Shown: piece by piece, positions 8,987 to 18,722 of the stretch | Numbering within the stretch: the stretch's first letter is position 1 | Layout of the letters: every line of letters begins with the position of its first letter | NCBI GenBank assembly: GCA_003508005.1 | Contig: DNUE01000016.1 | Coordinates: 24,746 to 88,745, forward strand | Source of the DNA: Desulfobulbaceae bacterium | Lineage (GTDB): Bacteria > Desulfobacterota > Desulfobulbia > Desulfobulbales > Desulfobulbaceae | Length of the DNA stretch: 64,000 nucleotides | Direction of reading: 5' to 3' | Notes under the pieces: generated by a model | Told to the model about the DNA's origin: nothing | What the model saw: only the letters and a program-made list of their open reading frames with translations | The model's database searches: none | Made by a program: the position numbers and the translations under genes

Positions 8987-9781
8987 TCACGGTGATGACG
9001 CAAAGGGTTCGTAGAGTACTTTTTCTAGGAGCAGGCCGTGCGCGGGTGCCGTGGCCCCGGCTTGGGCTCGGTCCCGGCTCTGGAGGATGGCGGTGAATTC
9101 ATCCGGGGTTATTCTGCCGCTGCCGACCAGGAGCAGGGTTCCCACCAGGTTGCGGACCATGTGCCGGAGAAAGCCGTTGCCGGTGAAGCGGAAGAACCAG
9201 GTATCGGGCCGCATGGCCTCGCTGGTGAATTCCGCCTGGTACAGTATTCGCATGGCGCCCCGGCCGGCAAAACCATCTGTTTCAAGGTCGCGGGAGCCGG
9301 TACCCTCAAAGCTTGAAAAATCATGGCTGCCGATGATTTGGTTCAGGGCGGTTTTTATGAGCACCGCATCCAACTGACGGGGAACATGGGTGGCATAGAG
9401 CCGTTCTGTCGGCGGTTGCACGGGGGCGGTGCAGATCGTATAGCGATAGGTCTTGCCGATCGCGCTGAAGCGGCTGTGGAACTGGTCCGGCATCACAGTC
9501 GCCTCCAGGATCCTGATGTCCGGGGGCAGCATGCAATTCAGTCCGCGGACGAAAGCGGGGCAGGGAATGCGGGTATCGGTCCGGAAATTGGCCACCATGC
9601 CCAGGGCATGCACACCTGCATCAGTCCTGCCGGCTCCATGCAGGGTGATTTTTGCTTCGGTCATCCGCAACAGGCATTCTTCAATCTCTCCCTGGACGGT
9701 CGGGGCGTTTTTCTGGCGCTGCCAGCCGCTGTAGACGGTACCGTCGAAGGCGAGCAGCAGGCGAATGTTCCGTTTTGTCAC
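8987..9781 (-). CDS. truA: tRNA pseudouridine(38-40) synthase
   Basis: [16 protein letters not shown]...[11 protein letters not shown] is the TruA catalytic Asp motif. Its start overlaps the argC stop by 4 nt. Confidence 0.9.
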   Translation of the reverse strand: MTKRNIRLLLAFDGTVYSGWQRQKNAPTVQGEIEECLLRMTEAKITLHGAGRTDAGVHALGMVANFRTDTRIPCPAFVRGLNCMLPPDIRILEATVMPDQFHSRFSAIGKTYRYTICTAPVQPPTERLYATHVPRQLDAVLIKTALNQIIGSHDFSSFEGTGSRDLETDGFAGRGAMRILYQAEFTSEAMRPDTWFFRFTGNGFLRHMVRNLVGTLLLVGSGRITPDEFTAILQSRDRAQAGATAPAHGLLLEKVLYEPFASSP

Positions 9782-10818
9782 GGGAAGAAGGGCGCACCAA
9801 GCAGTCCGGTGGTCTCGACAAAACCGTGCATCAGGTTCATGTTCTGCACTGCCTGGCCGGCGGCTCCCTTGACGATATTATCGATGGCGGACATGACGAT
9901 GATCCGTCCGGTGCGCCTGTCCAGGGCGAGGCCGATATCGCAGAAGTTGCTGCCGCGAACGTGCTGCGTCGCCGGGACAGAGCCGGCCGGACAGAGCCGG
10001 ACAAAACGCTCATCACGGTAGGTCTGCTCGTAGAGTTTGTGCAGGACAGCCAGGTCGAGTTCTCTGGTCAACCGGGCATACATGGTGCTGAGGATGCCCC
10101 TGGAGACTGGCAGCAGATGGGGGGTGAAGGACACGGTGACTTGGCTTCCCGCCAGTACGCTCAGCTCCTGTTCGATCTCCGGGATATGCCGGTGGCTGCC
10201 GCCGACCTTGTAGGGACGGAACCCGTCCGTTACTTCGCAGAAGAGGGAGGCCACGCTCGCTCCCCTGCCAGCTCCTGAGGTTCCGGACTTGGAGTCGATG
10301 ATCAGGGTCGCCGGATCGATAAGCCCTTCCCGCAGCAGCGGCGCAAGGCCCAGAATGACGGAGGTCGGATAGCAGCCTGGATTGGCGGTAAGCCGGCTGG
10401 CCCTGATTCGCTCCCGATACAGTTCCGGCAGGCCGTACGCTGCCTCCGGAAGGAGTTCTCTGCTGGTATGCTGCTGGTACCACTGCTCATAGACCGATAC
10501 GTCGCGGAGACGAAAGTCGGCGCTCAGATCTACGACTTTTTTTCCTGCCCGGAGCAGGGGGGGGACGATATCCATGGCGGTCTTGTGGGGCACCGCGGTG
10601 AAATAAAAATCCGCCAGTTGCGACAACTCCTCCGTCGCGGGATTGGTGCAGGTGAGATCCACGCAGCCGCGCAGGTTGGGATAAATCTCGGAAAGAAACT
10701 TTCCGGCATGCTGGCGGGAGGTTGCGACTGTGATCCGGACCTGTGGATGGCCGGAGAGAATTCTGGCCAACTCCACCCCGGTGTATCCCGATACCCCGAT
10801 AATGCCCACTCGTAGCAT
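9778..10818 (-). CDS. argC: N-acetyl-gamma-glutamyl-phosphate reductase
   Basis: [21 protein letters not shown]...NPGCYPT is the active-site Cys motif. The internal ATG at 10818 was chosen; the track start at 10896 adds 26 atypical residues that fall inside a repeat element. Confidence 0.9.
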   Translation of the reverse strand: MLRVGIIGVSGYTGVELARILSGHPQVRITVATSRQHAGKFLSEIYPNLRGCVDLTCTNPATEELSQLADFYFTAVPHKTAMDIVPPLLRAGKKVVDLSADFRLRDVSVYEQWYQQHTSRELLPEAAYGLPELYRERIRASRLTANPGCYPTSVILGLAPLLREGLIDPATLIIDSKSGTSGAGRGASVASLFCEVTDGFRPYKVGGSHRHIPEIEQELSVLAGSQVTVSFTPHLLPVSRGILSTMYARLTRELDLAVLHKLYEQTYRDERFVRLCPAGSVPATQHVRGSNFCDIGLALDRRTGRIIVMSAIDNIVKGAAGQAVQNMNLMHGFVETTGLLGAPFFP

Positions 10819-10841
10819 GTTATTATCCCTGATGAAATGTA

Positions 10842-10975
10842 GTGTTAAGCATCCCTGATCCGCCACCATAGGCGGTCTCATTTGAACTGCGGGCAACCGT
10901 ATTTCCCCTCGGCGTCGGGGGCGGAATTGCTATCGAGCGGTTTTGCGACCCCGATTCCGATACCGACGCCGACCC
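10842..10975 (-). repeat. long-arm member of the intergenic repeat family (hairpin 10909..10975 plus box 10842..10866)
   Basis: The minus strand reads CGGGGTCGGCGTCGGTATCGGAATCGGGGTCG-CAAAAC-CGCTCGATAGCAATTCCGCCCCCGACGCCGAGGGG, then GTGGCGGATCAGGGATGCTTAACAC. It shares GTCGGTATCGGAATCGG with 16866..16883 and 16960..16985. Confidence 0.6.
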
Positions 10976-11012
10976 CGATATCAACTCACGAAGGTCAAAG
11001 CTATCATCAGCC

Positions 11013-11049
11013 AAAAAAAAAGGGAATAACGAAGCGTTTCGTTATTCCC
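11013..11049 (-). terminator. rho-independent terminator downstream of rpsI
   Basis: On the minus strand, stem GGGAATAACGAA/TTCGTTATTCCC (12 bp, 4-nt loop) is followed by a T9 run. Confidence 0.7.
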
Positions 11050-11097
11050 TTGCTTACCAGAAAATCTGGAATCTGAAAAGGCCTGGCGGCTCCGCTG

Positions 11098-11490
11098 TTA
11101 ACGCTTAGAGAATTGGAAGCGGGCGCGTGCTCCACGCTGACCATATTTTTTCCGCTCCTTGGCGCGGGAGTCCCTGGTGAGCAAGCCGGCTCGCTTCAGG
11201 GGATGGCGCAACTCGGTGTCCATGTCCTGCAGGGCACGGGAGATGCCGTGCACCAGGGCATCAATCTGGGCCGATTTGCCGCCGCCGGCAACAGTGGCCA
11301 GTACATCGAACTTGTTGACGGTTTCGGTGACCGCAAAAGGCTTCGCCAGACGAGGGGCAAAGTATATGCCGCCGAAATAGTCATCAGGGGTCTGCTTGTT
11401 CACGTTAATTTTGCCATTGCCGGGAGTAATCCATACCCGGGCCACCGCAGTCTTCCTTTTGCCGGTCGCGTAAAACGATAGCTGTGCCAT
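11098..11490 (-). CDS. rpsI: 30S ribosomal protein S9
   Basis: 130 aa ending in [12 protein letters not shown]; typical S9. Confidence 0.95.
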   Translation of the reverse strand: MAQLSFYATGKRKTAVARVWITPGNGKINVNKQTPDDYFGGIYFAPRLAKPFAVTETVNKFDVLATVAGGGKSAQIDALVHGISRALQDMDTELRHPLKRAGLLTRDSRAKERKKYGQRGARARFQFSKR

Positions 11491-11511
11491 TCGTATGAAC
11501 TCCGTAAAGAT

Positions 11512-11940
11512 CTAGATATCAAGATTTTCAGGTTGCTGCGCCTGGTGCGGATGCTCGCTACCCGTGTAAATTTTCAGTTTCTTCAGCTGTTTTCGGCCGA
11601 TCTTGTTTTTGGGAAGCATTCCCCGCACCGCCATTCTGATGAGTTCTTCAGGTTTGTTAGTGAGTACATCTGAGGCCGTCTGTTCCCTGATACCGCCCAT
11701 GAATCCGGAATGGCGATAATATTTTTTCTGATCCCACTTGTTCCCGGTGAGATGGATCTTTTCGGCATTGACCACGACAATGAAATCGCCGTTATCCTGG
11801 AAATTGCAGAAGGTCGGTTTGTGCTTGCCACGCAACCGCCTTGCTATTTCCGAGGCAAAACGGCCAAGGGTCTTGCCATCGGCATCCGCTACATACCATT
11901 TGCGGTCAATTTCATTCACCGGAGTATAAAACGTTTTCAT
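11512..11940 (-). CDS. rplM: 50S ribosomal protein L13
   Basis: [42 protein letters not shown] is a typical L13, in the conserved rplM-rpsI pair. Confidence 0.95.
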   Translation of the reverse strand: MKTFYTPVNEIDRKWYVADADGKTLGRFASEIARRLRGKHKPTFCNFQDNGDFIVVVNAEKIHLTGNKWDQKKYYRHSGFMGGIREQTASDVLTNKPEELIRMAVRGMLPKNKIGRKQLKKLKIYTGSEHPHQAQQPENLDI

Positions 11941-11961
11941 TGCAGTGCCTCAACTGAGTAT

Positions 11962-11991
11962 AAAAAAAGGTTCGAACCAGGGGTGAACCTT
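11962..11991 (-). terminator. possible hairpin plus T-run downstream of tRNA-Gly
   Basis: On the minus strand, AAGGTTC(11-nt loop)GAACCTT is followed by T7. It lies only about 25 nt upstream of the rplM ATG, so its role is uncertain. Confidence 0.4.
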
Positions 11992-12000
11992 CATCATGCA

Positions 12001-12075
<75 letters not shown>

Positions 12076-12079
12076 AGAT

Positions 12080-12119
12080 TAATTGTCAGATTCGCAAGAA
12101 GAACGTCGCTGACGCCGGC
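12080..12119 (+). repeat. hairpin-module copy of the intergenic repeat family
   Basis: TAATTGTCAGATTCGCAAGAAGAACGTCGCTGACGCCGGC. The TAATTGTCAG and CTGACGCCGGC ends match the copy at minus 32080..32041. Confidence 0.55.
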
Positions 12120-12385
12120 AGCGTCTGCACCATTTTCAGCGTCTTCGACAAATTGCGTAAACAGCTTCGAATAAAAACAGTTTGGAGGGAAAATGTCAAT
12201 AAAAAATTGTCTCTATTTTCCAGCGGTCCTTGATAAAATAACCAGAGGAACGGAGAAGGGTTGCGAATATCGCTGAAGAAGAATATGATTAGAGTAATAT
12301 TATTCGGAAAATTTTAGTCATGATCGCCGTTTCCCTTGCCAGGGAACGGGATGCCTTGCAGGAGGATGCAGTGGCGAGAAAAGCG

Positions 12386-12970
12386 ATGCGGAAAACTGAA
12401 ATAACTCGGAAAACCAGGGAAACCGATATCAAGCTGCTGTTGAACATTGACGGCCGCGGCCAGGCCCAGGTCGTAACCGGGGTCGGGTTCATGGACCACA
12501 TGCTCACCCTGTTCGCGGCCCATGGGTTATTTGACCTGGTCATTACGGCCCAGGGTGACACCCGGGTCGACGACCACCATTCGGTGGAGGATCTTGGGAT
12601 CTGTCTGGGTCAAGCCCTGAAAAAGGCGGTGGGCGACCTGGCCGGCATGAGCCGCTACGGCTCCAGCTATGTCCCCATGGATGAAGCCCTGGTCAGGGTC
12701 TGCGTTGATTTCTCCAACCGTTCCTTTTTGCATTACAACGTCACTCTTGCCGACCAGAAGGTTGGCAGTTTTGATACTTCCCTGACCAAGGAATTTTTGC
12801 GGGCGCTGGTACTGCACAGCGGCGCGACCCTCCATGTGGACATGCTGCACGGGGAGAACACCCATCATATCATTGAGGCGATTTTCAAGGCCCTGGGGCG
12901 GGCAGTGGCCGATGCGCTCACGCCTGATTACCGCGTGCAGGGAGTGCTGTCATCCAAGGGTCTCCTCTAG
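12386..12970 (+). CDS. hisB: imidazoleglycerol-phosphate dehydratase
   Basis: MRKTEITRKTRETDIKLLLNIDG...DDHHSVEDLGI...GENTHHIIEAIFKA are the IGPD metal-binding motifs. An alternative upstream ATG exists at 12320. Confidence 0.9.
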   Translation: MRKTEITRKTRETDIKLLLNIDGRGQAQVVTGVGFMDHMLTLFAAHGLFDLVITAQGDTRVDDHHSVEDLGICLGQALKKAVGDLAGMSRYGSSYVPMDEALVRVCVDFSNRSFLHYNVTLADQKVGSFDTSLTKEFLRALVLHSGATLHVDMLHGENTHHIIEAIFKALGRAVADALTPDYRVQGVLSSKGLL

Positions 12971-13032
12971 GCGGACCTGGAGGGAGAAGGCGGCAAGGGG
13001 CAACGAATCAAGAACGAAACTGGAGGAAGAAT

Positions 13033-13719
13033 GTGATGTATACTGTGCGCACGGCAATGCTGCTCTTTTTTGGTGGCGTGGTCCTCTTTGCCGCAGGTTG
13101 TGGCCTGATAAAGAATGACGCGGGTGAAATGACCCTGGCGGCCGAGGAGCAGGTTACATGCATCGGCGTGCTGCCTTCTGCCACGGCCCCTGTTCCCCAG
13201 GGTCCAGCCGGCGAAGTGCAGGCCGCGAGTCTGCGCCAGGGTGCTGAGACCATGGACAGTCTGCTGCAGCAGGAACTGCAGGGTCAGCCCCAGGTCCGCT
13301 TTGTCGGCCAGGACCTCATTGCCGGGCTGTCGCTGACCGGCGGAGAAAGCACTCTTGCCCTGGCCAGGCTGGTCGGTGAGCGTATCGGCTGCAATGCAAT
13401 CCTGGAAACCACAGTATCGCGGTTCGATGAGCGGGAGGGCAGCAAGTATTCCGTCGAGAATCCGGCTGCCGTGGCCTTTGATTTAACGTTGATCAACCTG
13501 GAGAACGGCGCCGTCCTTTGGTCGGCCTCCTTTGAGGAGGCGCAGGAGGCGGTATCTGAAAACCTCTATGAATTGAAAAAAGCCAAATCCAGGGGTTTCC
13601 GCTGGCTGAGTGCAGAGGGACTCATGCTGGAGGGTGTCCGGGAAAAGCTTGGCAACAGCCCTTATTTCGGGAAAACGGCCCAGGCCGTGCCGCCCAGGGA
13701 CGAGCCGTCAGGGAAATAG
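13033..13719 (+). CDS. predicted lipoprotein, function unknown
   Basis: Signal peptide with lipobox: MMYTVRTAMLLFFGGVVLFAAGC. Confidence 0.6.
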   Translation: MMYTVRTAMLLFFGGVVLFAAGCGLIKNDAGEMTLAAEEQVTCIGVLPSATAPVPQGPAGEVQAASLRQGAETMDSLLQQELQGQPQVRFVGQDLIAGLSLTGGESTLALARLVGERIGCNAILETTVSRFDEREGSKYSVENPAAVAFDLTLINLENGAVLWSASFEEAQEAVSENLYELKKAKSRGFRWLSAEGLMLEGVREKLGNSPYFGKTAQAVPPRDEPSGK

Positions 13720-13749
13720 AAACGGGTACGCATCCTTGTTGTTCTGAAG

Positions 13750-14532
13750 ATGAAGAGTCCTCTGCCCCGGGATGTCAACCGGCGCATTGGCCAGGCCCTG
13801 CACACCTATGGGATGCTGGCCGACGGTGACCGTGTCCTGGTGGCTGTCTCCGGCGGAATAGATTCACTGGTGCTGGCTTGGCTTCTCTTGCTCTGGCGCG
13901 AAAAGGCGCCTATCGACTACCAGATCCAGGCCCTGCATATAGACATGCAGCCGGCTGCGCAAGGTCCCGGATCAGCAGCTCTGGCCGTCAAAAGCCTGCT
14001 GGCCGACCTGGACATACCGCTGGACATTGTTCCTGCCGCCTGGCAGCCTGATGTAAGCGCTTCCGATGTCATCGCGCCGCGGGGCGACCTCTGTTTTTCC
14101 TGTGCCCGCAACCGCCGCCGTCAGCTTTTCGATTACGCGGGCAGCGGCAATTTCAATAAGCTCGCCTTGGGCCACCACCGAGACGACATCATCGAGACCT
14201 TTTTTCTCAATATCTGTTATGGCGGCAACATCAGCACCATGGTTCCCCGCCAGGATCTGTTCTCCGGCAGGTTGTCGCTGATCCGGCCCCTTGCCCTTCT
14301 GGACAGGGAGGAGGTACGACAGCTTGCCACCGGGCTTGGACTGGAGCCGGTCCCAGCCTCCTGCCCTGTAGGAGAACAGACCAGGCGCCGCGAGGTGCGT
14401 CAGGCCCTGGCCGACCTCTACCGGAAAATTCCTGAGGCCAGATCCTGCATTTTCGCCGCCTTGAGCAATGTGCGTCATGATTACCTGCTGCGGCCGCTTG
14501 CAGGGGCAAGATTGCATCGGGGGAGCAAGTGA
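13750..14532 (+). CDS. PP-loop ATPase, TtcA-like tRNA 2-thiocytidine synthetase family
   Basis: PP-loop VAVSGGIDSLVL, CFSCARNRRR and ALGHHRDDIIETFFLN are TtcA-family motifs. Confidence 0.75.
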   Translation: MKSPLPRDVNRRIGQALHTYGMLADGDRVLVAVSGGIDSLVLAWLLLLWREKAPIDYQIQALHIDMQPAAQGPGSAALAVKSLLADLDIPLDIVPAAWQPDVSASDVIAPRGDLCFSCARNRRRQLFDYAGSGNFNKLALGHHRDDIIETFFLNICYGGNISTMVPRQDLFSGRLSLIRPLALLDREEVRQLATGLGLEPVPASCPVGEQTRRREVRQALADLYRKIPEARSCIFAALSNVRHDYLLRPLAGARLHRGSK

Positions 14533-15413
14533 GAACCGAGGAGGAATGCCTGGGCTGCTTCCTGCGGCAGGCACTCGCCACTGCCCGCCTGGCCGGTGCG
14601 GACGAAGAGGGTCAGGCCAGGGTAGTGACGGAGATCGAACGGCTGCTGCCGCAGCTGGACCTGACCTCATCGCCGCCGGAGAATGCCGTGGCCGTTTATG
14701 GAAAGATAGCGGAGATCAGCGGGGTACCGGATCCCTTCGCCGAGGTCAAAGCCCGGAGTACCCGCTTTGCCCTCGGCCTCAGAGACGAGGTGCGCGCAAG
14801 GATAAGCGGTTCCGGAGATCCCTTTTATGCAGCGATCCGCTATGCCATTGCCGCGAACATCATCGATTACGGCATCCAGCGGCCCTTTGACGCCCTGTAC
14901 ACCCTGCAAACATGTCTGGATCAGCAACTGGCCCTGGACGAGTACGAACGCTTCCGGGCAGCGATAACCAGGTCCGCAGGGGCCAGGGTCCTGTACCTGG
15001 CGGACAACTGCGGTGAGATCGTCTTTGACGGGTTGCTCGTTGAACAGCTCCAGAGGCTTGGCTGCCGGGTGACCATGGCGGTAAGAGGGGAGGCTATTCT
15101 GAATGACGCGACCATCGAGGATGCAAGTGCCTGTGGGCTTGATAGCCGATGCCCCGTCATCGGAAGCGGTATCGGTTGTCCCGGCACCCCCCTTGCTAAG
15201 TGCAGCGAGGAGCTTCGCCAGGCTTTTGCCCAGGCTGAGGTCATTGTCAGCAAGGGGCAGGGGAACTATGAAACCCTTTCCGCCGTCGCTTCGCCGCTGT
15301 TTTTTCTGCTCACTGTCAAGTGCCCCGTGGTCGCCAGCAGAATCAGCACGGAACACGGGCTGGACCCGGAGCGGATAACCGGCCGGGGCGAGATGATTTT
15401 GCTGCAAGGGTAA
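14529..15413 (+). CDS. DUF89/ARMT1-like damage-control phosphatase family protein
   Basis: CLGCFLRQ...YLADNCGEIVFD...SKGQGNYETLS is DUF89-like. The GTG start overlaps the upstream stop (GTGA coupling). Confidence 0.7.
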   Translation: MRTEEECLGCFLRQALATARLAGADEEGQARVVTEIERLLPQLDLTSSPPENAVAVYGKIAEISGVPDPFAEVKARSTRFALGLRDEVRARISGSGDPFYAAIRYAIAANIIDYGIQRPFDALYTLQTCLDQQLALDEYERFRAAITRSAGARVLYLADNCGEIVFDGLLVEQLQRLGCRVTMAVRGEAILNDATIEDASACGLDSRCPVIGSGIGCPGTPLAKCSEELRQAFAQAEVIVSKGQGNYETLSAVASPLFFLLTVKCPVVASRISTEHGLDPERITGRGEMILLQG

Positions 15414-15422
15414 GGAGAAACC

Positions 15423-16802
15423 ATGCTGCCGCAGCAGATAGCAGAGATTCTGCGCACCAAACCCTTCGACTCCCGGCTTTTCGTGTCCGGCTGGATCAAG
15501 ACCCGGCGTGATTCCGGGGCGGTGTCGTTTATCGAGTTGAGCGACGGTTCCTGCCTGGCCAATCTGCAGGTGATCGCCGGCCCTGGTCTGGGCAATTTCG
15601 AGAGGTTGCGCAGAGATTTGACCACCGGTGCGTCGATCCGGGTTCGTGGGCTGCTGGTTCCTTCACCCGCCCAGGGGCAGGAAGTGGAACTCCGGGCGGA
15701 AGAGATCGAGATCCTCGGCACGGCTGACCCTGAGAGCTATCCCCTGCAGAAGAAGCGACATAGCTTCGAGTTTCTTCGCACCATCCCACAGCTGCGCCCC
15801 CGCACCAACGCTCTGGCCTCGGTGGCCAGGGTTCGCAGCTGCCTGAACTACGCCGTCCATCGGTTTTTTTGCGAGCGCGGCTTTTTCCAGGTGCATACCC
15901 CGATTATCACCACCAGCGACTGTGAGGGGGCAGGGGAGATGTTCACGGTCACCGTGCTTGCGCCCGGCGAACTGAACGAAAAAGAGGGGTTTGCCCGTGA
16001 TTTTTTCGGCCGTCGGGCCGGGCTGACGGTGAGCGGGCAGTTGCAGGCTGAGATCTATGCCCTTGCCTTGGGCCGGGTCTATACCTTCGGCCCGACCTTC
16101 CGGGCGGAAAATTCCAATACCAGCCGCCATCTCGCCGAGTTCTGGATGCTGGAGCCAGAAATGGCCTTCTGCGACCTGCAGGGGGACATGGAGATCGCGG
16201 AGGAGCTGATCCGGTATCTGGTGAGCGAAGTCCGGAGGGAATGCGCGGCCGAGATCGGGCTCTTTGCCCGATTTATTGACCGCGAGCTTCCGGCTCGGCT
16301 GGAGCGGATCGCCAGCAAGCCGTTTGCCCGGCTATCCTATGGCGAGGCTGTGGACCGGCTCATCGCCTCCGGTGCCTCCTTCGAATTCCCGGTTGCCTGG
16401 GGCATGGACCTGCAGTCCGAGCACGAGCGCTACCTTTGCGAGAAGATCATCGGCGGGCCGGTCATTGTCTCTGACTATCCCCTGGCAATAAAGCCCTTTT
16501 ACATGCGGCTCAACGATGATCGCCGGACGGTGGCGGCCATGGACATCCTGGTGCCCGGCATCGGGGAGTTGGTCGGCGGTAGCCAGCGCGAGGAGCGCTA
16601 TGATGTGCTGGCGGAGCGTATGGCGCAGGTGGGGCTCAAGGAAGAGGACTACGGTTGGTACCTTGACCTGCGGCGTTACGGAAGCGTGCCTCATGCGGGC
16701 TTCGGCCTGGGCTTCGAGCGGCTGGTGCAGCTGGTGACCGGGATGCAGAATATCCGCGAAGCCATCCCGTTTCCGCGGACTCCGGGGTCAGCCCCGTGCT
16801 GA
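15423..16802 (+). CDS. asnS: asparagine--tRNA ligase
   Basis: Class II aaRS motifs FRAENSNTSRHLAEFWMLEPE and GFGLGFERLV. The N-terminal OB-fold region is VSGWIKTRRDSGAVSFIELSDGS. Confidence 0.9.
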   Translation: MLPQQIAEILRTKPFDSRLFVSGWIKTRRDSGAVSFIELSDGSCLANLQVIAGPGLGNFERLRRDLTTGASIRVRGLLVPSPAQGQEVELRAEEIEILGTADPESYPLQKKRHSFEFLRTIPQLRPRTNALASVARVRSCLNYAVHRFFCERGFFQVHTPIITTSDCEGAGEMFTVTVLAPGELNEKEGFARDFFGRRAGLTVSGQLQAEIYALALGRVYTFGPTFRAENSNTSRHLAEFWMLEPEMAFCDLQGDMEIAEELIRYLVSEVRRECAAEIGLFARFIDRELPARLERIASKPFARLSYGEAVDRLIASGASFEFPVAWGMDLQSEHERYLCEKIIGGPVIVSDYPLAIKPFYMRLNDDRRTVAAMDILVPGIGELVGGSQREERYDVLAERMAQVGLKEEDYGWYLDLRRYGSVPHAGFGLGFERLVQLVTGMQNIREAIPFPRTPGSAPC

Positions 16803-16854
16803 AAGGCTCAAGGCAGGGAGGTAAGTCGATGGGGGGCAAAGGTCATCCTACTGT

Positions 16855-16989
16855 GTCGGGGTCGGGGTCGGTATCGGAATCGGTAGCGCAAATAGAGTTA
16901 TGTACTGTTGCCATCCATTTATTGATGCAATGATATTCGGTTAACGCCGGTTTACTTCTCGACCCCGATTCCGATACCGACTCCGACCC
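16855..16989. repeat. inverted-repeat member of the intergenic repeat family (arms of about 23-29 nt separated by about 76 nt)
   Basis: Left arm GTCGGGGTCGGGGTCGGTATCGGAATCGG (16855..16883). The reverse complement of the right arm (16960..16989) is GGGTCGGAGTCGGTATCGGAATCGGGGTCG, matching 22/23 in the core. The interior carries GCGCAAATAG and AACGCCGG, echoing the hairpin module. Confidence 0.65.
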
Positions 16990-17000
16990 TGATGGGATAA

Positions 17001-17036
17001 CTTGACGAACTTGATAATCTTGACAAGCTTGATGAA
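17001..17036 (+). repeat. 4 x 9-bp tandem repeat CTTGAYNAN directly upstream of the hflX ATG
   Basis: CTTGACGAA CTTGATAAT CTTGACAAG CTTGATGAA. It ends 6 nt before ATG 17043, and a TAA stop precedes it in frame. Confidence 0.7.
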
Positions 17037-17042
17037 CAGACC

Positions 17043-18707
17043 ATGACCCATGTCACCGGCGATACTCCAGGCCTGAAACCACATCAGCTCAGGGAGCTGG
17101 AACGACTGGCGAGGAAACGGGTTTCCCCGGACGAGATCATCAGCAGGGACCTTGCCCGCTCCCTGAGCGGTCTTTCCACGGATCTGAACCGGCAACTGGG
17201 GCTTCTTGTCAATCGCTCGGGCCAGGTGGAAGCGGTTATTGTCGGCGACTATGACCGGATCGTTATCCCGCCGCTGTCGACTCTGCGCACCGCCGGCGGT
17301 CGACTGCGCGGGTTGCGCTGTGTGCATACCACTTTCAGCCGGCTCGGGATCACCGACGAGGATGTCATGGATCTGGCCTGTCTGCGCCTGGACCTGATGT
17401 CCGTGCTGAGCATGGCGGACGGCCTGCCGCATCTCCTCCATACCGCCCACCTGCTCCCGGAAGCGGTGGCCGGTAAAGAATGGGGCGAAATGGCGCCGGT
17501 GCATCCCGCCGGCCAGACAATCTCTTGTCTCGCCTTTATCGAGTCACTGGAGGATGAGTTTGTCCGGGCCCGGCCTTTGAAGGCGGTTGACCAGGGCCAG
17601 GACCGGGCGATCCTGGTCAGCGTTGCGACAGGTACGGCCCGCGAGGCAGCCGATTCCCTGGCTGAACTGGCCGAATTAGCCCGCTCCGCAAATGTCATGG
17701 TCCTGGACCGGGTCAGCCAGCGCCGGAAGACCATTCATCCCCGTTTTCTTCTGGGCAAGGGCAAGCTGATGGAAATCATGCTGCGGAGCCTGCGCCTTGG
17801 GGCCAATCTGCTGATTTTTGATCAGGAACTGACCCCTTCCCAGATCCGGTCGGTCACCGAGCATACCGACCTGCGGGTCATTGACCGGACCCAGCTGATC
17901 CTGGATATTTTTGCCAGCCGGGCCCTGTCGCGGGAGGGCAAGCTGCAGATCGAAATGGCTCAGCTCAAGTATCTGTTGCCGCGACTGTCCAGCCGTGACG
18001 ACGCCCTGTCGCGCCTTACCGGGGGCATTGGAGCCAGGGGACCGGGAGAAACCCGGCTGGAGATCGACCGCCGCCGGATCAACGACCGCATCGCCCGGCT
18101 GGCCAAAGAGCTGAAAACCGTGGGGCAGGAGCGCTTCCACCGCAGGTCCCGGCGACGCAAGCGCGACGTCCCGGTGATTTCCCTGGTCGGCTATACAAAT
18201 GCCGGCAAGTCGACACTGCTGAACACCCTGACCCGCAGCCAAATCAAGGCCGAAAATCTGCTCTTTGCCACCCTGGACCCCACCAGCAGACGGCTCCGCT
18301 TTCCCCGGGACCTGGAGGTGATCATCACCGATACCGTCGGTTTCATCCGCAATCTGCCGGAGGAACTGCTCAAGGCCTTTGCCTCCACTCTGGAGGAACT
18401 GCACGAGGCAGACCTGTTGGTCCATGTCATTGATGTCGCCAACCCCGCCCATGAGGAGCAGGAGGCAGTGGTGAACGCCCTGCTGCGGGAATTGGGGCTG
18501 GTGAACATTCCCTGCCTGAACGTTTTCAACAAGATCGACCTGGTGAATAAAGAAACACAGGAGAGGCTGGGCAGGAGGGAAGGGGTTGCGGTGAGCGCCC
18601 TGGATGAGAGGACTCTTGCCCCATTTCTGGAGAGGGCGCAGGCAATGCTGCTGGGTTCCTTAGGAGGAGAAAGAACGCTGGAGATGAGCCAGGGGGAGGG
18701 GGGTTGA
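17043..18707 (+). CDS. hflX: GTPase HflX
   Basis: G1 motif GYTNAGKSTLLN, G3 motif DTVGFI, plus the HflX N-terminal domain. Confidence 0.9.
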   Translation: MTHVTGDTPGLKPHQLRELERLARKRVSPDEIISRDLARSLSGLSTDLNRQLGLLVNRSGQVEAVIVGDYDRIVIPPLSTLRTAGGRLRGLRCVHTTFSRLGITDEDVMDLACLRLDLMSVLSMADGLPHLLHTAHLLPEAVAGKEWGEMAPVHPAGQTISCLAFIESLEDEFVRARPLKAVDQGQDRAILVSVATGTAREAADSLAELAELARSANVMVLDRVSQRRKTIHPRFLLGKGKLMEIMLRSLRLGANLLIFDQELTPSQIRSVTEHTDLRVIDRTQLILDIFASRALSREGKLQIEMAQLKYLLPRLSSRDDALSRLTGGIGARGPGETRLEIDRRRINDRIARLAKELKTVGQERFHRRSRRRKRDVPVISLVGYTNAGKSTLLNTLTRSQIKAENLLFATLDPTSRRLRFPRDLEVIITDTVGFIRNLPEELLKAFASTLEELHEADLLVHVIDVANPAHEEQEAVVNALLRELGLVNIPCLNVFNKIDLVNKETQERLGRREGVAVSALDERTLAPFLERAQAMLLGSLGGERTLEMSQGEGG

Positions 18708-18722
18708 AGGGGGCAGCGGGCT

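Noticed and set aside
9778-10896. Extended N-termini offered by the ORF track for argC, lpxA, psd, ilvN, galE, ppiD, SNF2, the NtrC-like gene, the YqeY-domain gene, rsmD and the ATP-grasp gene.
   Set aside because: Internal ATG (or TTG for rsmD) starts reproduce the canonical family N-termini, usually with an RBS. They also remove overlaps with upstream genes, tRNAs or repeat elements.
16855-16989. GTCGG/ATCGG periodic repeats considered as a CRISPR array or as coding for Gly/Ser/Asp-rich proteins (ORFs 10823..11014 and 16941..17504).
   Set aside because: There are no regularly spaced identical repeats with unique spacers. The copies are inverted rather than direct. The ORFs are by-products of the repeat periodicity and overlap hflX and the argC upstream region.
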